A stretch of 34,439 nucleotides of DNA from a virus (taxonomy: Duplodnaviria > Caudoviricetes): positions 1-34,439 of the IMG/VR virus record IMGVR_UViG_3300047558_000033; one strand, 5' to 3'. A model generated the notes under the pieces. That model saw nothing but the letters and a program-made list of their open reading frames with translations, was not told the DNA's origin and did not search any database. Position 1 is the first letter of the stretch. Every line of letters begins with the position of its first letter. Positions 13,872 through 23,889 of this stretch are shown piece by piece. Both the position numbers and the translations under genes were made by a program.

Positions 13872-15241
13872 AGCTCCGATTCAGCGGTGAAATGCATGTA
13901 GTTATTATTACCTGTGCCATACACCCAAGCTGAGTTTGTACCAGCGTTTGTAACGGTTGGTGTTGCATCTGAGCCGCCAGCTTGCCATTTGCCTGAAGCG
14001 CCAGTTGCAGGGCTATACGATGTAACAGTTGCAGCGGAGCGTTTTGTTACTTTAAATATTGTGTTGATGCTTACATTGGTTGATGAACCGTTATAGTTTG
14101 CAAGAACTCCTGCCCCGTTATTTGTTGTGGCTGTCCCAGGCGTTGTGCCAATGTCATACGACTTTTCATAGTACCGCTGACACAAAGCCAACTCAGTACC
14201 ATACGGGCGGTAGTCAAACGATGTGGCTGTGCTGCCTTTTTCTAGTTGAACGCCTGTGATGTAGAAGGTGGCTCCAGATGTACCGACTACAGACACAGAA
14301 CCAGTTGGCGCTACATAAGTTGTTCCTGACCATGCGCCAGCAGTTCCGCTATAAGTAGAACCAGCACCTAAAGAAAAGTTTACTTGTACGCCTGTGCTGT
14401 TGGTTGTCAGCCAAGTTCCAGTTGTGTCTCCAGTAATCGTTACGCTGATAGATGTCCAAGTATTTGCAGAAGAAACCGTGTAGCTGAAGGGATAGTTTCT
14501 GTTTAAAGCGCTATTCCATAAAACACCGCCAAATGTTCCAGTTAAGGAAGAATAGACTTGAAACGACAAAGTCACTGTCTTAGCGTTAGCGGTTCCCCAT
14601 GCTAAATCAGCAGTATTAAATCCTTCGATTTTTTGACCAATATAGAAAAAATCACTAGATCCAACGCTATAAGCAGAAGACGATGTTACGCCCAAATAGT
14701 TGGTAAATCCTACTGGCGGTGTTACTGAGCCAGCGTTTTGTTGGATTGTAAATTTAGATGTCTGAGTGTAGTTTGCAATCCATCTATCCAAGGTGTAAAC
14801 ACTTGAGCCACTAGACGTGCCAACACTAGCTCCCGCATTACGCTGGTCAATCATCATCGCACCATTGATGATGCGGTTCTTGAAGCCCATGCCAAGACCA
14901 ACACCTCCAATGGTAGGAGCAGCGACAAAGTTAGTCGTGCCATTTACTGTCACAGTATCAGCAGAAGCGTCACCAAGAGTTACGTTACCTGTTGCGGACA
15001 ATGTTGTAAAAGTTCCAGCAGCAGGAGTTGTAGCTCCAACAGAGCCGTTATGAGCGCCATTGGTAGGGCCATTAAACGAATCAGAGTTAGTGCCTTGCTG
15101 AAAGTCTTTTAACTGCTTCATCAATGTGCGAATCGCATTATTGATACCGCTTGGTGCGCAACCCTCGTCAATGTTGATTCCAGCAATATCCGTGTTGGAG
15201 TTTGCCGTTGCGCTGTAATCGCTGATTTTGTCTTTTGACAT
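13868..15241 (-). CDS. Tail fibre / receptor-binding protein
   Basis: N-terminal EGCAPSGINNAIR anchor; FKNRIINGAMMIDQRN...GVQLEKGSTATSFDYRPYGTELALCQRYY domain. Confidence 0.85.
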   Translation of the reverse strand: MSKDKISDYSATANSNTDIAGINIDEGCAPSGINNAIRTLMKQLKDFQQGTNSDSFNGPTNGAHNGSVGATTPAAGTFTTLSATGNVTLGDASADTVTVNGTTNFVAAPTIGGVGLGMGFKNRIINGAMMIDQRNAGASVGTSSGSSVYTLDRWIANYTQTSKFTIQQNAGSVTPPVGFTNYLGVTSSSAYSVGSSDFFYIGQKIEGFNTADLAWGTANAKTVTLSFQVYSSLTGTFGGVLWNSALNRNYPFSYTVSSANTWTSISVTITGDTTGTWLTTNSTGVQVNFSLGAGSTYSGTAGAWSGTTYVAPTGSVSVVGTSGATFYITGVQLEKGSTATSFDYRPYGTELALCQRYYEKSYDIGTTPGTATTNNGAGVLANYNGSSTNVSINTIFKVTKRSAATVTSYSPATGASGKWQAGGSDATPTVTNAGTNSAWVYGTGNNNYMHFTAESEL

Positions 15242-15261
15242 AGCTTTCCTTGTTTAAATGT

Positions 15262-17055
15262 TTAAGGCTGATATTTCAGAGATTCTTCAACCATCTTTTT
15301 CAGAGCTTTTTGTTGTAATGATTCTTCTGCGTACTTAGTCGCTGAACCAACAACAGGAATCTTTGACAATGGTGATGCGTTGATACGCTCCAAACCTCTT
15401 AACAAAGCACTTGCGGTGTTTGATGTGTTCACAGTACCAGGCACAGGGCTGTAAACGTCAACCATTACATCACGCAACTCTCGGATTTCCTCTGCGCCTT
15501 TTTTGCCAAAGATGTAGTCTAACTTGCCGTCAGAATCCAAATCTCTGATTGCCTTATTCATTGCGGCGGCAGATGGAACTGGATTGCCATTCGCATCGCG
15601 CTGAATGTTTTTAGTGGCTTGGTCACGAATGTATTGGATAGTCTGACCTTGCAGTTCTTTCCATGCTTGCTGACCTTCCTCGCCACCTTTTTTGAGCAAC
15701 AAAGCAATATTGCGAGTATCGTCAAAACTGCCATTTAGGATTGAGTGTTCAAACACATCCTCAAAAGCAACGGCTCGATCAGTAGTGCCAGGCTTGTTAC
15801 GGAGCAACTTATCAACAAACGCAGCGTTTTCAAACTGCTTTGCGTATTGCACACGCTTTTGACGAGCTTCTTTATACAGATCGCCGCCAGCGCCTTCTGT
15901 GGCTTGGTTAATCAGATTCTTTAACTCACGAGCTTGAACAGCGTTTGGAGTGCCTTCTTGCGAGTTTTTGTTAATGAACTGGTAAACATCCTCAAGCGCA
16001 TCAATAGTGACAGCACCAGTTTTTTGTGGGTCGTTCTTAAACAACTGATCTTCAACAGCGCCAAGAATAGGAGCCAACTTCTCTTTGACAGTTGGGCCTT
16101 GCTCGTTAATGTATGTCAGCAATCCTTCATACGGGACTAGCGCCTTTGTCTCACCAGACTTACGAGCAGCGTCATAAGCCAAATTGACTTCTTTCATTGC
16201 TCGATTTGCTTCTTTAACCAAAGCAGCATCAACAATCTTGCCAACAGGTCGCAAGTTTCCTGACATTTCAGCACCAGTTGCAGTTGTGTACGCATCAAAG
16301 TTGCTGAGAATCTTTTGGTTTGTGTCAATCTGACGCTGAATGAGTGGCTTGCCAACGCTTTCAGGATAAACCTTACGTGTCTCAGACTCAAAGCCTTGAA
16401 CTCCTGGCAATCGTGTTGCTTCGCCTTTTGTCAACTCCACTGGCACACGCAAACCTTGAGCGCGTGTTTGACGCTCTAAAGCCTTTGCAGTCTCAGCAGC
16501 GCCCATGCCTTGCATGACAGTTGCAGGCTCTTGACCGCGAATAGCACCAATTACATCAGCCAAAGCAACAGGCGCTCTTGCGGCTTGTGCAGTCACAGCT
16601 TCTTGAGCCTGAGTTGCAACGCCACTTGGTCGAACGCCTGCAAACTGAGGCATGAAAGGTGGAATCTTGGCAGATTCAAATCCTTGACCAATAGCGCCCA
16701 ATACATCCTGCGCCATTTGAGTGCGAGGCTGATACTGGATATTGCGAGCAACCATTTGCTGAAACTCAGGGCCACCAGCACCAGAAAGATACGTCACAGG
16801 GCCAGAAACAAGGTTTGCCGCAACAGCAGCAGGAGTCTCAACAATGCCACGGATTACGTCAGCCATCGACATTTCAGGCTGTGCTTGAGATGTTGATACT
16901 TGACCAGGAATCCTGCTCGCCATGTCAACAGGCTTTACATCAGCGAAAAGCTCTTTTGCCTTTGCGATGATTGTTTCATCGTCTGCACCAACAGGGCCGC
17001 GAATCTCTCGCAGCGCACCGCTTGGGTCACGAACTTTGTAGATTTGTGTTTCCAT
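15262..17055 (-). CDS. Large DNA ejection (internal virion) protein
   Basis: Helical Ala/Gln-rich ~597 aa; third of three genes in the P22 gp7/gp20/gp16-like position; start reassigned to 17055 (TAATG). Confidence 0.7.
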   Translation of the reverse strand: METQIYKVRDPSGALREIRGPVGADDETIIAKAKELFADVKPVDMASRIPGQVSTSQAQPEMSMADVIRGIVETPAAVAANLVSGPVTYLSGAGGPEFQQMVARNIQYQPRTQMAQDVLGAIGQGFESAKIPPFMPQFAGVRPSGVATQAQEAVTAQAARAPVALADVIGAIRGQEPATVMQGMGAAETAKALERQTRAQGLRVPVELTKGEATRLPGVQGFESETRKVYPESVGKPLIQRQIDTNQKILSNFDAYTTATGAEMSGNLRPVGKIVDAALVKEANRAMKEVNLAYDAARKSGETKALVPYEGLLTYINEQGPTVKEKLAPILGAVEDQLFKNDPQKTGAVTIDALEDVYQFINKNSQEGTPNAVQARELKNLINQATEGAGGDLYKEARQKRVQYAKQFENAAFVDKLLRNKPGTTDRAVAFEDVFEHSILNGSFDDTRNIALLLKKGGEEGQQAWKELQGQTIQYIRDQATKNIQRDANGNPVPSAAAMNKAIRDLDSDGKLDYIFGKKGAEEIRELRDVMVDVYSPVPGTVNTSNTASALLRGLERINASPLSKIPVVGSATKYAEESLQQKALKKMVEESLKYQP

Positions 17056-18305
17056 TAGCGCACCACTTCCCATCCACCTTGATTTTGGTCAATGAATTTT
17101 GCACCTTTGCCAGCCTGAATCTTCATGCCTTTGATTGCCAATTCACGAGCAGCCTGTTTCTGTTTGACGATTGTTTCAGAATCACCAGGCGCAGGGAAAT
17201 AGTTTTTCTCAGCAGTTGCAAATTCAGTTGGAGAGATAGACGCGCCAGATTCCTTACGCAACACAGCGGTAATGAAGTTCACACGGGCTTGAACTGTCTT
17301 TTGTTGATCTTCATTAAGACCGCCAAGGACTGTTGGTAATGTGTTGAAAACATTATCAGAGCCACGAGCAAGAGCCTCACCGATCAAAGGCGTAGCGCCA
17401 AGAGTGCCACTAATGCCAGCGCGAATCTTGCCAGTATCTTTCAAACCAGCGTTTTCCAATGGCTTGAGAATTGAATCGGCTTGTTGCATACGCATACCGT
17501 AAGTAACAGCATTGCCTTGCGCCTCTGTCAATCCACCTTTTCCAGAAATAGGCTGTCCACCAGCTGTAAGTGGCGTTACTGTGCCTGTCTTTGGATTAAA
17601 AGTGACGAAACCGTTTTCAGTCTCAAGCGCCTGCAACGATGTTGGGCCTTGTGGCGCAGCGCCTTTAGCAAAACGACCAACTTCTTTACCGCTTGAATCC
17701 AATGCCAAAACGACATTACCAAGGTCTTGGTATGTCAATTTGCCTGTACCTGCAACGGTGCTAATGCCTGTCAATGGAGAAATCTCAACCAACTTGCCGT
17801 CAACTTCTTTGTATTCAGGTTTGTACTTGGCATAAGTCTCAGGAGACAACAAAGCCAAGCGTTGCAAAGCATCACGATTGATCGTGCTAGGGCCTTGCTG
17901 TGTAGGAATAGCGCCAGTTTGGAAATACTGACCAATCTGCTCTGGAGCACCTGACCAGTTTTGCTCAACAGCACCAGGCTGGATAAGTCGAGGCAAGAAC
18001 TGACGCACCGCTTCGGCTTCTTGATTCTTACGAATCATCTCGCCAACTTGCATTGCAGCCATCTTTTCTTGAAGACCTTGATTCAATGCCTGCTTGTAAA
18101 GTTGCTGACCAGCCTGTAAGCCTTGAGCAACAGCCAAAGCGCCACCGCCAGGTGTACGGCTTGGAGCGCCAGCCTGAAGCAAAGCAGTCGCCATGCCTAA
18201 ATTAGACTGACCCTGCGCTTGCTCTTGCAGACGCTTCAGCTCATCAGAACCAAGTAAGCCACCAAGATAAGAAGGCGTTTCGCCGTAAAAGTCTAAAAGT
18301 GCCAT
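17055..18305 (-). CDS. DNA ejection (internal virion) protein
   Basis: Gly/Gln/Ala-rich 416 aa with FITAVLRKESGASISPTEF...YFP motif; position in the genome. Confidence 0.7.
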   Translation of the reverse strand: MALLDFYGETPSYLGGLLGSDELKRLQEQAQGQSNLGMATALLQAGAPSRTPGGGALAVAQGLQAGQQLYKQALNQGLQEKMAAMQVGEMIRKNQEAEAVRQFLPRLIQPGAVEQNWSGAPEQIGQYFQTGAIPTQQGPSTINRDALQRLALLSPETYAKYKPEYKEVDGKLVEISPLTGISTVAGTGKLTYQDLGNVVLALDSSGKEVGRFAKGAAPQGPTSLQALETENGFVTFNPKTGTVTPLTAGGQPISGKGGLTEAQGNAVTYGMRMQQADSILKPLENAGLKDTGKIRAGISGTLGATPLIGEALARGSDNVFNTLPTVLGGLNEDQQKTVQARVNFITAVLRKESGASISPTEFATAEKNYFPAPGDSETIVKQKQAARELAIKGMKIQAGKGAKFIDQNQGGWEVVR

Positions 18306-18317
18306 GTTTTTATCCGA

Positions 18318-19133
18318 TCAGAACTCAAGATTCTCATAGCCGCCAGTATTTGCGGGATTGCTCCAACTGTTTGTCAGCCAATTCCAACCTGATTTAAGGC
18401 CAGAAGTAACACCGCCATCAGTCAGTTTGTTTAGGCCAGATGCCAATTGAACGCCCAACAAACCTGTACCCAATGCCGTAGCAGTTGGGTTAGTGAAATA
18501 AGGCGTTTGAGATGTTTGAACACCACCACGAGGCGAACCGTAAGCAGCCGACAAGAAGTTAGTCAAAGCCTCTTGTGGGTATGCTTGCTGTAACTGTCCA
18601 ACAGTCAACAGCTTTTGCAAATCACCATAATCGGATTCTGCAAATGACGGAGCAGCCAAGTTTGCTTGTTGTTGACGAGCGCGTTCGTTTGCATAATTCT
18701 CATACGCAAGTTGTCCAGCCGTACCCGTGAGTTTTTGAGCCAGTTGACCAGCAGCGGCACTTTGCAAGTTTTGCATAGCACCAGAGCCATAACGACCAGC
18801 CTTAGAAGCGGCAGAAGTTACGTTGCCGATTGCGGCGTTAAACGCATCAGTAGCGGCTTGAGCAGCAGGTTGGAAAGCGCCTTGAAAGAATGGATTGCCA
18901 CTCAGATAAGAGCCGCCCATCGTTGAAGCCAAGTTTGCTTGTGCTTGTCCCAACAATGGACTGCCTTGCATTGCACGTTGCTTGATACCAGACAGAGCCG
19001 ATTGAATGTCAGCCGATGGTTGTGCGTTTAAACCGTAAAGACGTTGAGCCTCAGACAAACCATAAGAGATATATGGCTGTAATGCTGGGTCAATGCTGGT
19101 TGTTTGTGTGGATGTGGTTGTTTCGACTGCCAT
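18318..19133 (-). CDS. DNA ejection / pilot protein
   Basis: Ala/Gln/Gly-rich 271 aa with AGRYGSGA and C-terminal Gly-rich helix. Confidence 0.7.
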   Translation of the reverse strand: MAVETTTSTQTTSIDPALQPYISYGLSEAQRLYGLNAQPSADIQSALSGIKQRAMQGSPLLGQAQANLASTMGGSYLSGNPFFQGAFQPAAQAATDAFNAAIGNVTSAASKAGRYGSGAMQNLQSAAAGQLAQKLTGTAGQLAYENYANERARQQQANLAAPSFAESDYGDLQKLLTVGQLQQAYPQEALTNFLSAAYGSPRGGVQTSQTPYFTNPTATALGTGLLGVQLASGLNKLTDGGVTSGLKSGWNWLTNSWSNPANTGGYENLEF

Positions 19134-19190
19134 AAAAGCACCTTTCTGTTCAAAGGACTCCGTAGCGGGTCATCCACGGAGCCCATTATA
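19134..19190 (-). promoter_or_regulatory. Candidate promoter and structured leader of the ejection genes
   Basis: TATAAT at 19190-19185, then hairpin GGGCTCCGTGG/CTACGGAGTCC and CCTTT-GAACAG-AAAGG covering the SD. Confidence 0.5.
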
Positions 19191-19194
19191 GACA

Positions 19195-19989
19195 CTAACC
19201 TACGATTATGTAAGCGTAAGTTTTGTTTGATGTTGCGTTTGCGAAATGCGTCAAAGTCGCAGTCCCCTTGCCTAACTCGCTGACGTAAACGCCATAATCA
19301 CCAGCCGCATTTGTACCGTTTGATGAGGCAAAGTTGACCGTCACAATGGCTGAAGGCGTTGCAGGCCGTGTTGGGCTTGTCTGAGCTGGAATTTGCTGGA
19401 TTGATACTGCTGTGCTTGTTGTACGCCACATGATCTCAACGTAGTCATTGGCTTGCATCTCAACCCAGAAATTCATTGCGGCAATCAAATGTCCGTCTAC
19501 GCCACCATGCGAGTTTGGGATAGAAAAACGGCTGTTTGAGTTGGCAATGTTTGTGCCATTCTTGGCAAACCAAACATCCACATCTTGAATCTGCGTGTCT
19601 GTATTGACAAACTGAAAACTAAATTGAAAGTTGTAAATACCGTAACTTTTGACAGTAATACGAGAGTTGCTTGCAACAGAAATTCCGTTTGAAAAGTCTG
19701 TTGTGTTTAGCGTCACAGCATACGCCGCAGTCGTAGATGCCGCAGTTTGATCTGTGGAGTCTTGAAACGCGCCGTAAGGCGTTGAATCTGTGTAAGCAGC
19801 GGCAGAGTAAGGGATAACCACTATCTTGCTGTCATAGCCGATTCGCTCGTCTGTGATCGTTGTGGTCGTAGCGTTGCCAGTAGCAAGCGAGATCGTGCCA
19901 GTGTTATTTGTCTTTCCGTTCATTATTCCGTTGACGATCTCAGCAATAGCGCGTTGATCGCCACCAAAAGGCGGTAAAACTCTAAACAT
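19195..19989 (-). CDS. Tail-associated structural protein with C1q/BclA-like beta domain
   Basis: Thr/Ser-rich; SRITVKSYGIYNFQFSFQF...DYVEIMW. Confidence 0.65.
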   Translation of the reverse strand: MFRVLPPFGGDQRAIAEIVNGIMNGKTNNTGTISLATGNATTTTITDERIGYDSKIVVIPYSAAAYTDSTPYGAFQDSTDQTAASTTAAYAVTLNTTDFSNGISVASNSRITVKSYGIYNFQFSFQFVNTDTQIQDVDVWFAKNGTNIANSNSRFSIPNSHGGVDGHLIAAMNFWVEMQANDYVEIMWRTTSTAVSIQQIPAQTSPTRPATPSAIVTVNFASSNGTNAAGDYGVYVSELGKGTATLTHFANATSNKTYAYIIVG

Positions 19990-21428
19990 TAGCGCACCCC
20001 TTGAGCAACGATGTCAATATCCACAGCCACGGCTGACTTCCAACGGTCGCCAGTTGGGTTGACTTGCATCCTGTGATACTTGCCAGAGCTTCTCAATGAA
20101 ACTCGGTTATCAGAGTCAGCCGCAACAGGAGTTGAGAAAGTAATGTCTTGGTTGAGCAAAGTACGAGAAGCAATGCCAACTGTCGCAGAACCTTGGTCTA
20201 CCTGTGGTCGAGCCAAAGTAACGATAGAACTTCCACCTGTTTCAATGTCGCCTGTCTGGATTCGTGCAGTCATTGGCAGACCTGTATAGGTCATAACTTT
20301 TGTGCCGAAAGTCCCGCCCAAGAAGTATTTGCCACCAGCAAACAAGATAGAGTCTAGTGGTGTGTCCAAAGCGTCAATAGACGAGCTGAGACTGTCCAAT
20401 TCCTCAAGGGTAGACGATGCGCTAGAAGCGTCAGAAATGTAATCTGTGCCTGCGTCTGTGTAAGTCCACTTCTTTGTGCTGAAGTTATAGGCAATCAGTT
20501 TGCGGCTTCCATCTTTGCTCTTGTAGTTCCACAGAATCAGCTTGCGAACAGGGTCAACAGCCGCCGACATGGTTAGATAGTCAGCCTCGCTTACGTCATC
20601 CAAGAACCAACGATCAACCTTTTCGTTGCCAATAGGCAAGACTTGTTGACCATCACACATATAGAAACCGTCATCAGACAAGAAGAAAGTGATGCCTTGA
20701 TATTGAGCGATAGACCCAGAAACCATGCAACCTTTGTTACGGCTAATGTTGTCAAACTGGAAAATCAGCGGACTACCGATGTAGCTCATCCGATGAATAC
20801 TGCGCTCCAAAAGCACAAGTCCAAACTCACCGCCACGGATGCCCATGATTTGACCGCCATCGGCAATGTCTTGGTAATCCGCTTGGTTTGTCGATGAAGG
20901 TGTCCAAACTGTCTCGTCATTGATACCAGACCAACGAACTCGATACTGCTCTTGCTTTGATGATTCGTAGGTGTTAGCCACAACCACAAAGTCACGAACT
21001 ACCGTGATGTACTTAGCAACAGGAGCAGATGCGCTCAAGTCAGCAAATGCACTTGACGAACCAAGCACCCAAGATTGCAGTTTTTCAGAATTGTTCGTAC
21101 AGATTACGTTATCGCCAAACTGAGTAAAGCGAAAACGCTCGTTGGCAGAAGTCGTATAGCCAGAGTTTTCTTCTGTTACGGCTCCAACGCCTGAGACTGT
21201 GTAAATCTTTGTGCGACCTGCCGCAAACAACTTAGTAACACCGTCTGGTTGCTTGCCTGCAAATAGGCTTGTCAGGTTTTCAGCAGTAGCCGCAGAAAAC
21301 TCCACAGCGTTAGGAAATGGGCCGTAACCAACAGCTTGAGAAACGCAATTCTTAGCGTCACTCAAAGCGCCTGAAATGCCAGGCTGATCTGGCATCCATT
21401 CACCGAAAACAATTCTTTGAGTTGGCAT
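19989..21428 (-). CDS. Tail nozzle / packaged DNA stabilisation protein (P22 gp10-like)
   Basis: 479-aa beta-propeller-like sequence (FGEWMPDQ, RVRWSGIND, FFLSDDGFY); position. Confidence 0.75.
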   Translation of the reverse strand: MPTQRIVFGEWMPDQPGISGALSDAKNCVSQAVGYGPFPNAVEFSAATAENLTSLFAGKQPDGVTKLFAAGRTKIYTVSGVGAVTEENSGYTTSANERFRFTQFGDNVICTNNSEKLQSWVLGSSSAFADLSASAPVAKYITVVRDFVVVANTYESSKQEQYRVRWSGINDETVWTPSSTNQADYQDIADGGQIMGIRGGEFGLVLLERSIHRMSYIGSPLIFQFDNISRNKGCMVSGSIAQYQGITFFLSDDGFYMCDGQQVLPIGNEKVDRWFLDDVSEADYLTMSAAVDPVRKLILWNYKSKDGSRKLIAYNFSTKKWTYTDAGTDYISDASSASSTLEELDSLSSSIDALDTPLDSILFAGGKYFLGGTFGTKVMTYTGLPMTARIQTGDIETGGSSIVTLARPQVDQGSATVGIASRTLLNQDITFSTPVAADSDNRVSLRSSGKYHRMQVNPTGDRWKSAVAVDIDIVAQGVR

Positions 21429-21429
21429 A

Positions 21430-22260
21430 TTAACCCTGTCTTAACCATGTATTTGAAGCGGCTGATTGTGTTGTCCATGTGTTTGTAGACACATCAGAAT
21501 CAGTCCAATCGTTTGAATTTGCGCTTACTTGTGTCCAAGTGCTGTCATTCGGTGAAATATCATCCCAAGAATTTGAACTAGCGCCAATGTCAGACCAATT
21601 ATCGCCCAGACGATTCCCGCTACAAGCAACAACACTGTCGCAAGAGACAGCCGCAGAGAAATCGAATATTGCATAAGCATTGGCATCAAATACAGCCTCA
21701 CATTCAATGCTTGCCACTCCGTCAGCAGTAATGCCACCAAGGGCAGAAACCGTTGCTGTCGCAGAGATAGAAGCATCAGCCAGCCTTACTCGGATTGAGT
21801 CAGCAGATACAGTTGCGGCACTAGAAATGTCAGCAACAGCATTTGCAAGGATTCCACCCAATGCAGAAACATTCGCCTCGGCAGATATGTCAGCAGAAGC
21901 CACTGCAATACGCTGACCAGCCGCCGTAACAGCCGCAGAAGCGTCTATCGAAGCCGTACCAATAGCAACCCTAATAGCGTCACACGAAACGCTTGCAGAG
22001 GCGTCTATCGAGGCAGTCCCAAGTGCTACGCGAACGGCATCACATGAAACCGTTGCCGATGATGAGACAGAAGCAGCGCCAGCAAATGTGACGCTTGAAT
22101 CTGACGATACCGATGCGCTAGTAGATACTGACCCATACGCATCCCACAGAGTGACAGAAGTCTCGTATAACGGACTATCAAGCGATAGCGTTAAGTCATC
22201 AAGACTAGCCTTTAGGTTATCTAGGCTGTCAATTGTCCACGGTGGGAGCAGGTCAGCCAT
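21430..22260 (-). CDS. Ala/Ser-rich repetitive virion protein
   Basis: 20-aa repeats (VSCDAVRVALGTASIDASAS) and C-terminal Trp repeats with 10-aa period. Confidence 0.75.
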   Translation of the reverse strand: MADLLPPWTIDSLDNLKASLDDLTLSLDSPLYETSVTLWDAYGSVSTSASVSSDSSVTFAGAASVSSSATVSCDAVRVALGTASIDASASVSCDAIRVAIGTASIDASAAVTAAGQRIAVASADISAEANVSALGGILANAVADISSAATVSADSIRVRLADASISATATVSALGGITADGVASIECEAVFDANAYAIFDFSAAVSCDSVVACSGNRLGDNWSDIGASSNSWDDISPNDSTWTQVSANSNDWTDSDVSTNTWTTQSAASNTWLRQG

Positions 22261-22261
22261 A

Positions 22262-22648
22262 TCACGCCAGTGTTACGCTCAATGAACCAATGGCGATGCG
22301 GAAAACGTCACCAGTTGCGATTGTTTTAGAGGCATCCAAGGCAGTGTGAAACAACAGATTGCCAGAAGTAGACGCATCACGGATGCCAACGTGGGTAATC
22401 GTTCCCCATGAGCCACCAGCTTGAGGAAACTCAATAGCCGCGCTGTTTGTAGTCACACCGTTTGAAGGAGCGCCGAAAGTAATTGACTGACGAGCGTAAG
22501 ACGTACCAGAACACTCTGTGCCTGAATCTGCGTCTGTTGGGTCGCTTGTGTAGAGAGCCAAATAAACTGTGGTTGGAGTTGTGTAGCTCGTATTACGCAG
22601 CGTGGCGTTAATCAGAGCGTTCTCAAGATAGTTTGACATTTCAGCCAT
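22262..22648 (-). CDS. Virion structural (tail-associated) protein
   Basis: SNYLENAL...VYLALYTSDP...YARQSITF...WGTITH...GNLL motif. Confidence 0.8.
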   Translation of the reverse strand: MAEMSNYLENALINATLRNTSYTTPTTVYLALYTSDPTDADSGTECSGTSYARQSITFGAPSNGVTTNSAAIEFPQAGGSWGTITHVGIRDASTSGNLLFHTALDASKTIATGDVFRIAIGSLSVTLA

Positions 22649-22651
22649 GAT

Positions 22652-23272
22652 TTACCTCGTTGCTGTTGACATTGAAAGTGGAACACCCGAATACTGAGCT
22701 GATTCGTCAGACTTAGTAAGGGTTGCGATTGCTCGGTCATACATAGAACCCCATGTATTGATTCGAGAATCGTTCATCAGATAAGGCTCTGCTTCAATCA
22801 AAGAAGCGTAGAGCAGTGCATCAGGAGCATTTGCGATAAACGCATTGCTTGAATTAGTGTCGCTCAAGAACTCAGGTGCAGAGTAATACAGCATTTTCAC
22901 TGTATAGGCTGAGTCTGGCACAGGAGCAAACTGAAACTCAGAAGCCAAGATTGTGTAATCAAGAGGCTTGCCGCTTTCAGTCACGCGAGCGTTACGACTG
23001 AAAATAGATGGGCTTGAGTAAGTTAACGGCTGGACAGGATTAGTGAGAACAATCAGATCACGAATCTCAAGAAAGTCTGAAGGCAAAGCCACGGTAGACG
23101 TTCCTGACACTGTTGCAGTAGTCACCGATTTAAGCATTTGACGAATACGCAACTCACGGCGCAGACGTAGTTCAGCGAATCGGATGAAATCCGAGATTTG
23201 ATCTGTCAGGTCTGTACGAGCCAAATAATTGGCTACGGTAGTCTTCAAATCAGAATAAGTAGCAATGCTCAT
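22652..23272 (-). CDS. Head-tail adaptor protein
   Basis: TYSDLKTTVANYLARTDL...LPSDFLE...PDALLYASL; position after the capsid gene. Confidence 0.75.
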   Translation of the reverse strand: MSIATYSDLKTTVANYLARTDLTDQISDFIRFAELRLRRELRIRQMLKSVTTATVSGTSTVALPSDFLEIRDLIVLTNPVQPLTYSSPSIFSRNARVTESGKPLDYTILASEFQFAPVPDSAYTVKMLYYSAPEFLSDTNSSNAFIANAPDALLYASLIEAEPYLMNDSRINTWGSMYDRAIATLTKSDESAQYSGVPLSMSTATR

Positions 23273-23889
23273 ACATCATCCCAACCATATTCATAGGTTC
23301 CAATGTGCCTAATGTGCTTCGAGAGATCATGGTCTACAACAGTTTGGAAACCAGCATCAAACGCTTTTGCACAGAAGTAAATATCTTCGCCTATTGTCCC
23401 ACCTTTGTCGGTCTGTTCAAACCAGAACCAAGGTTTTTGCGTCTTCTGGAACACTTCCTTACGAATAAGTACCATGCCAAAACCAACGCCCATAACTTGC
23501 TCAAGACCAGTTTTGTCCTTGCTTGTCACCTTCACGAGATCATTAGTCTCGTTGTCAATGTCCAAAGCAGTAGGCAAACATGGAAATCTGCGAGTGGTCG
23601 CATTAACGCCAACAATCGGCAACTTACGAGACAAGAGAATCTGAAGCGCATCCTTTGGGAAACGCATATCAGAATCAACCCAAAGAATAGCGTCAGCGCC
23701 ATCTTTGATCGCTTGCTCGGCAAGTCGTTCACGCTGATTAAAGATCAAAGTGCCAGGCACTTGATAGATCATCAACGAACCGCCTTTAGCGCATCGAGTA
23801 ACACCCTCATACGCACATAGTTTCGCTAAGTCAAAAGCGAACCCTGTCATAACTGTGTCACGGCATGGAACGCAAATAGCAACCTTCAT
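23269..23889 (-). CDS. GT-A fold (GT2-like) glycosyltransferase
   Basis: VAICVP, R..LAEQA, ILWVDSDMRFP (DxD), GFGMVLI, GEDIYFC, HIG. Confidence 0.8.
   Translation of the reverse strand: MKVAICVPCRDTVMTGFAFDLAKLCAYEGVTRCAKGGSLMIYQVPGTLIFNQRERLAEQAIKDGADAILWVDSDMRFPKDALQILLSRKLPIVGVNATTRRFPCLPTALDIDNETNDLVKVTSKDKTGLEQVMGVGFGMVLIRKEVFQKTQKPWFWFEQTDKGGTIGEDIYFCAKAFDAGFQTVVDHDLSKHIRHIGTYEYGWDDV

Noticed and set aside
13868-15241. Diversity-generating retroelement or invertible tail fibre cassette
   Set aside because: No reverse transcriptase, invertase or second copy of the fibre 3' region seen.
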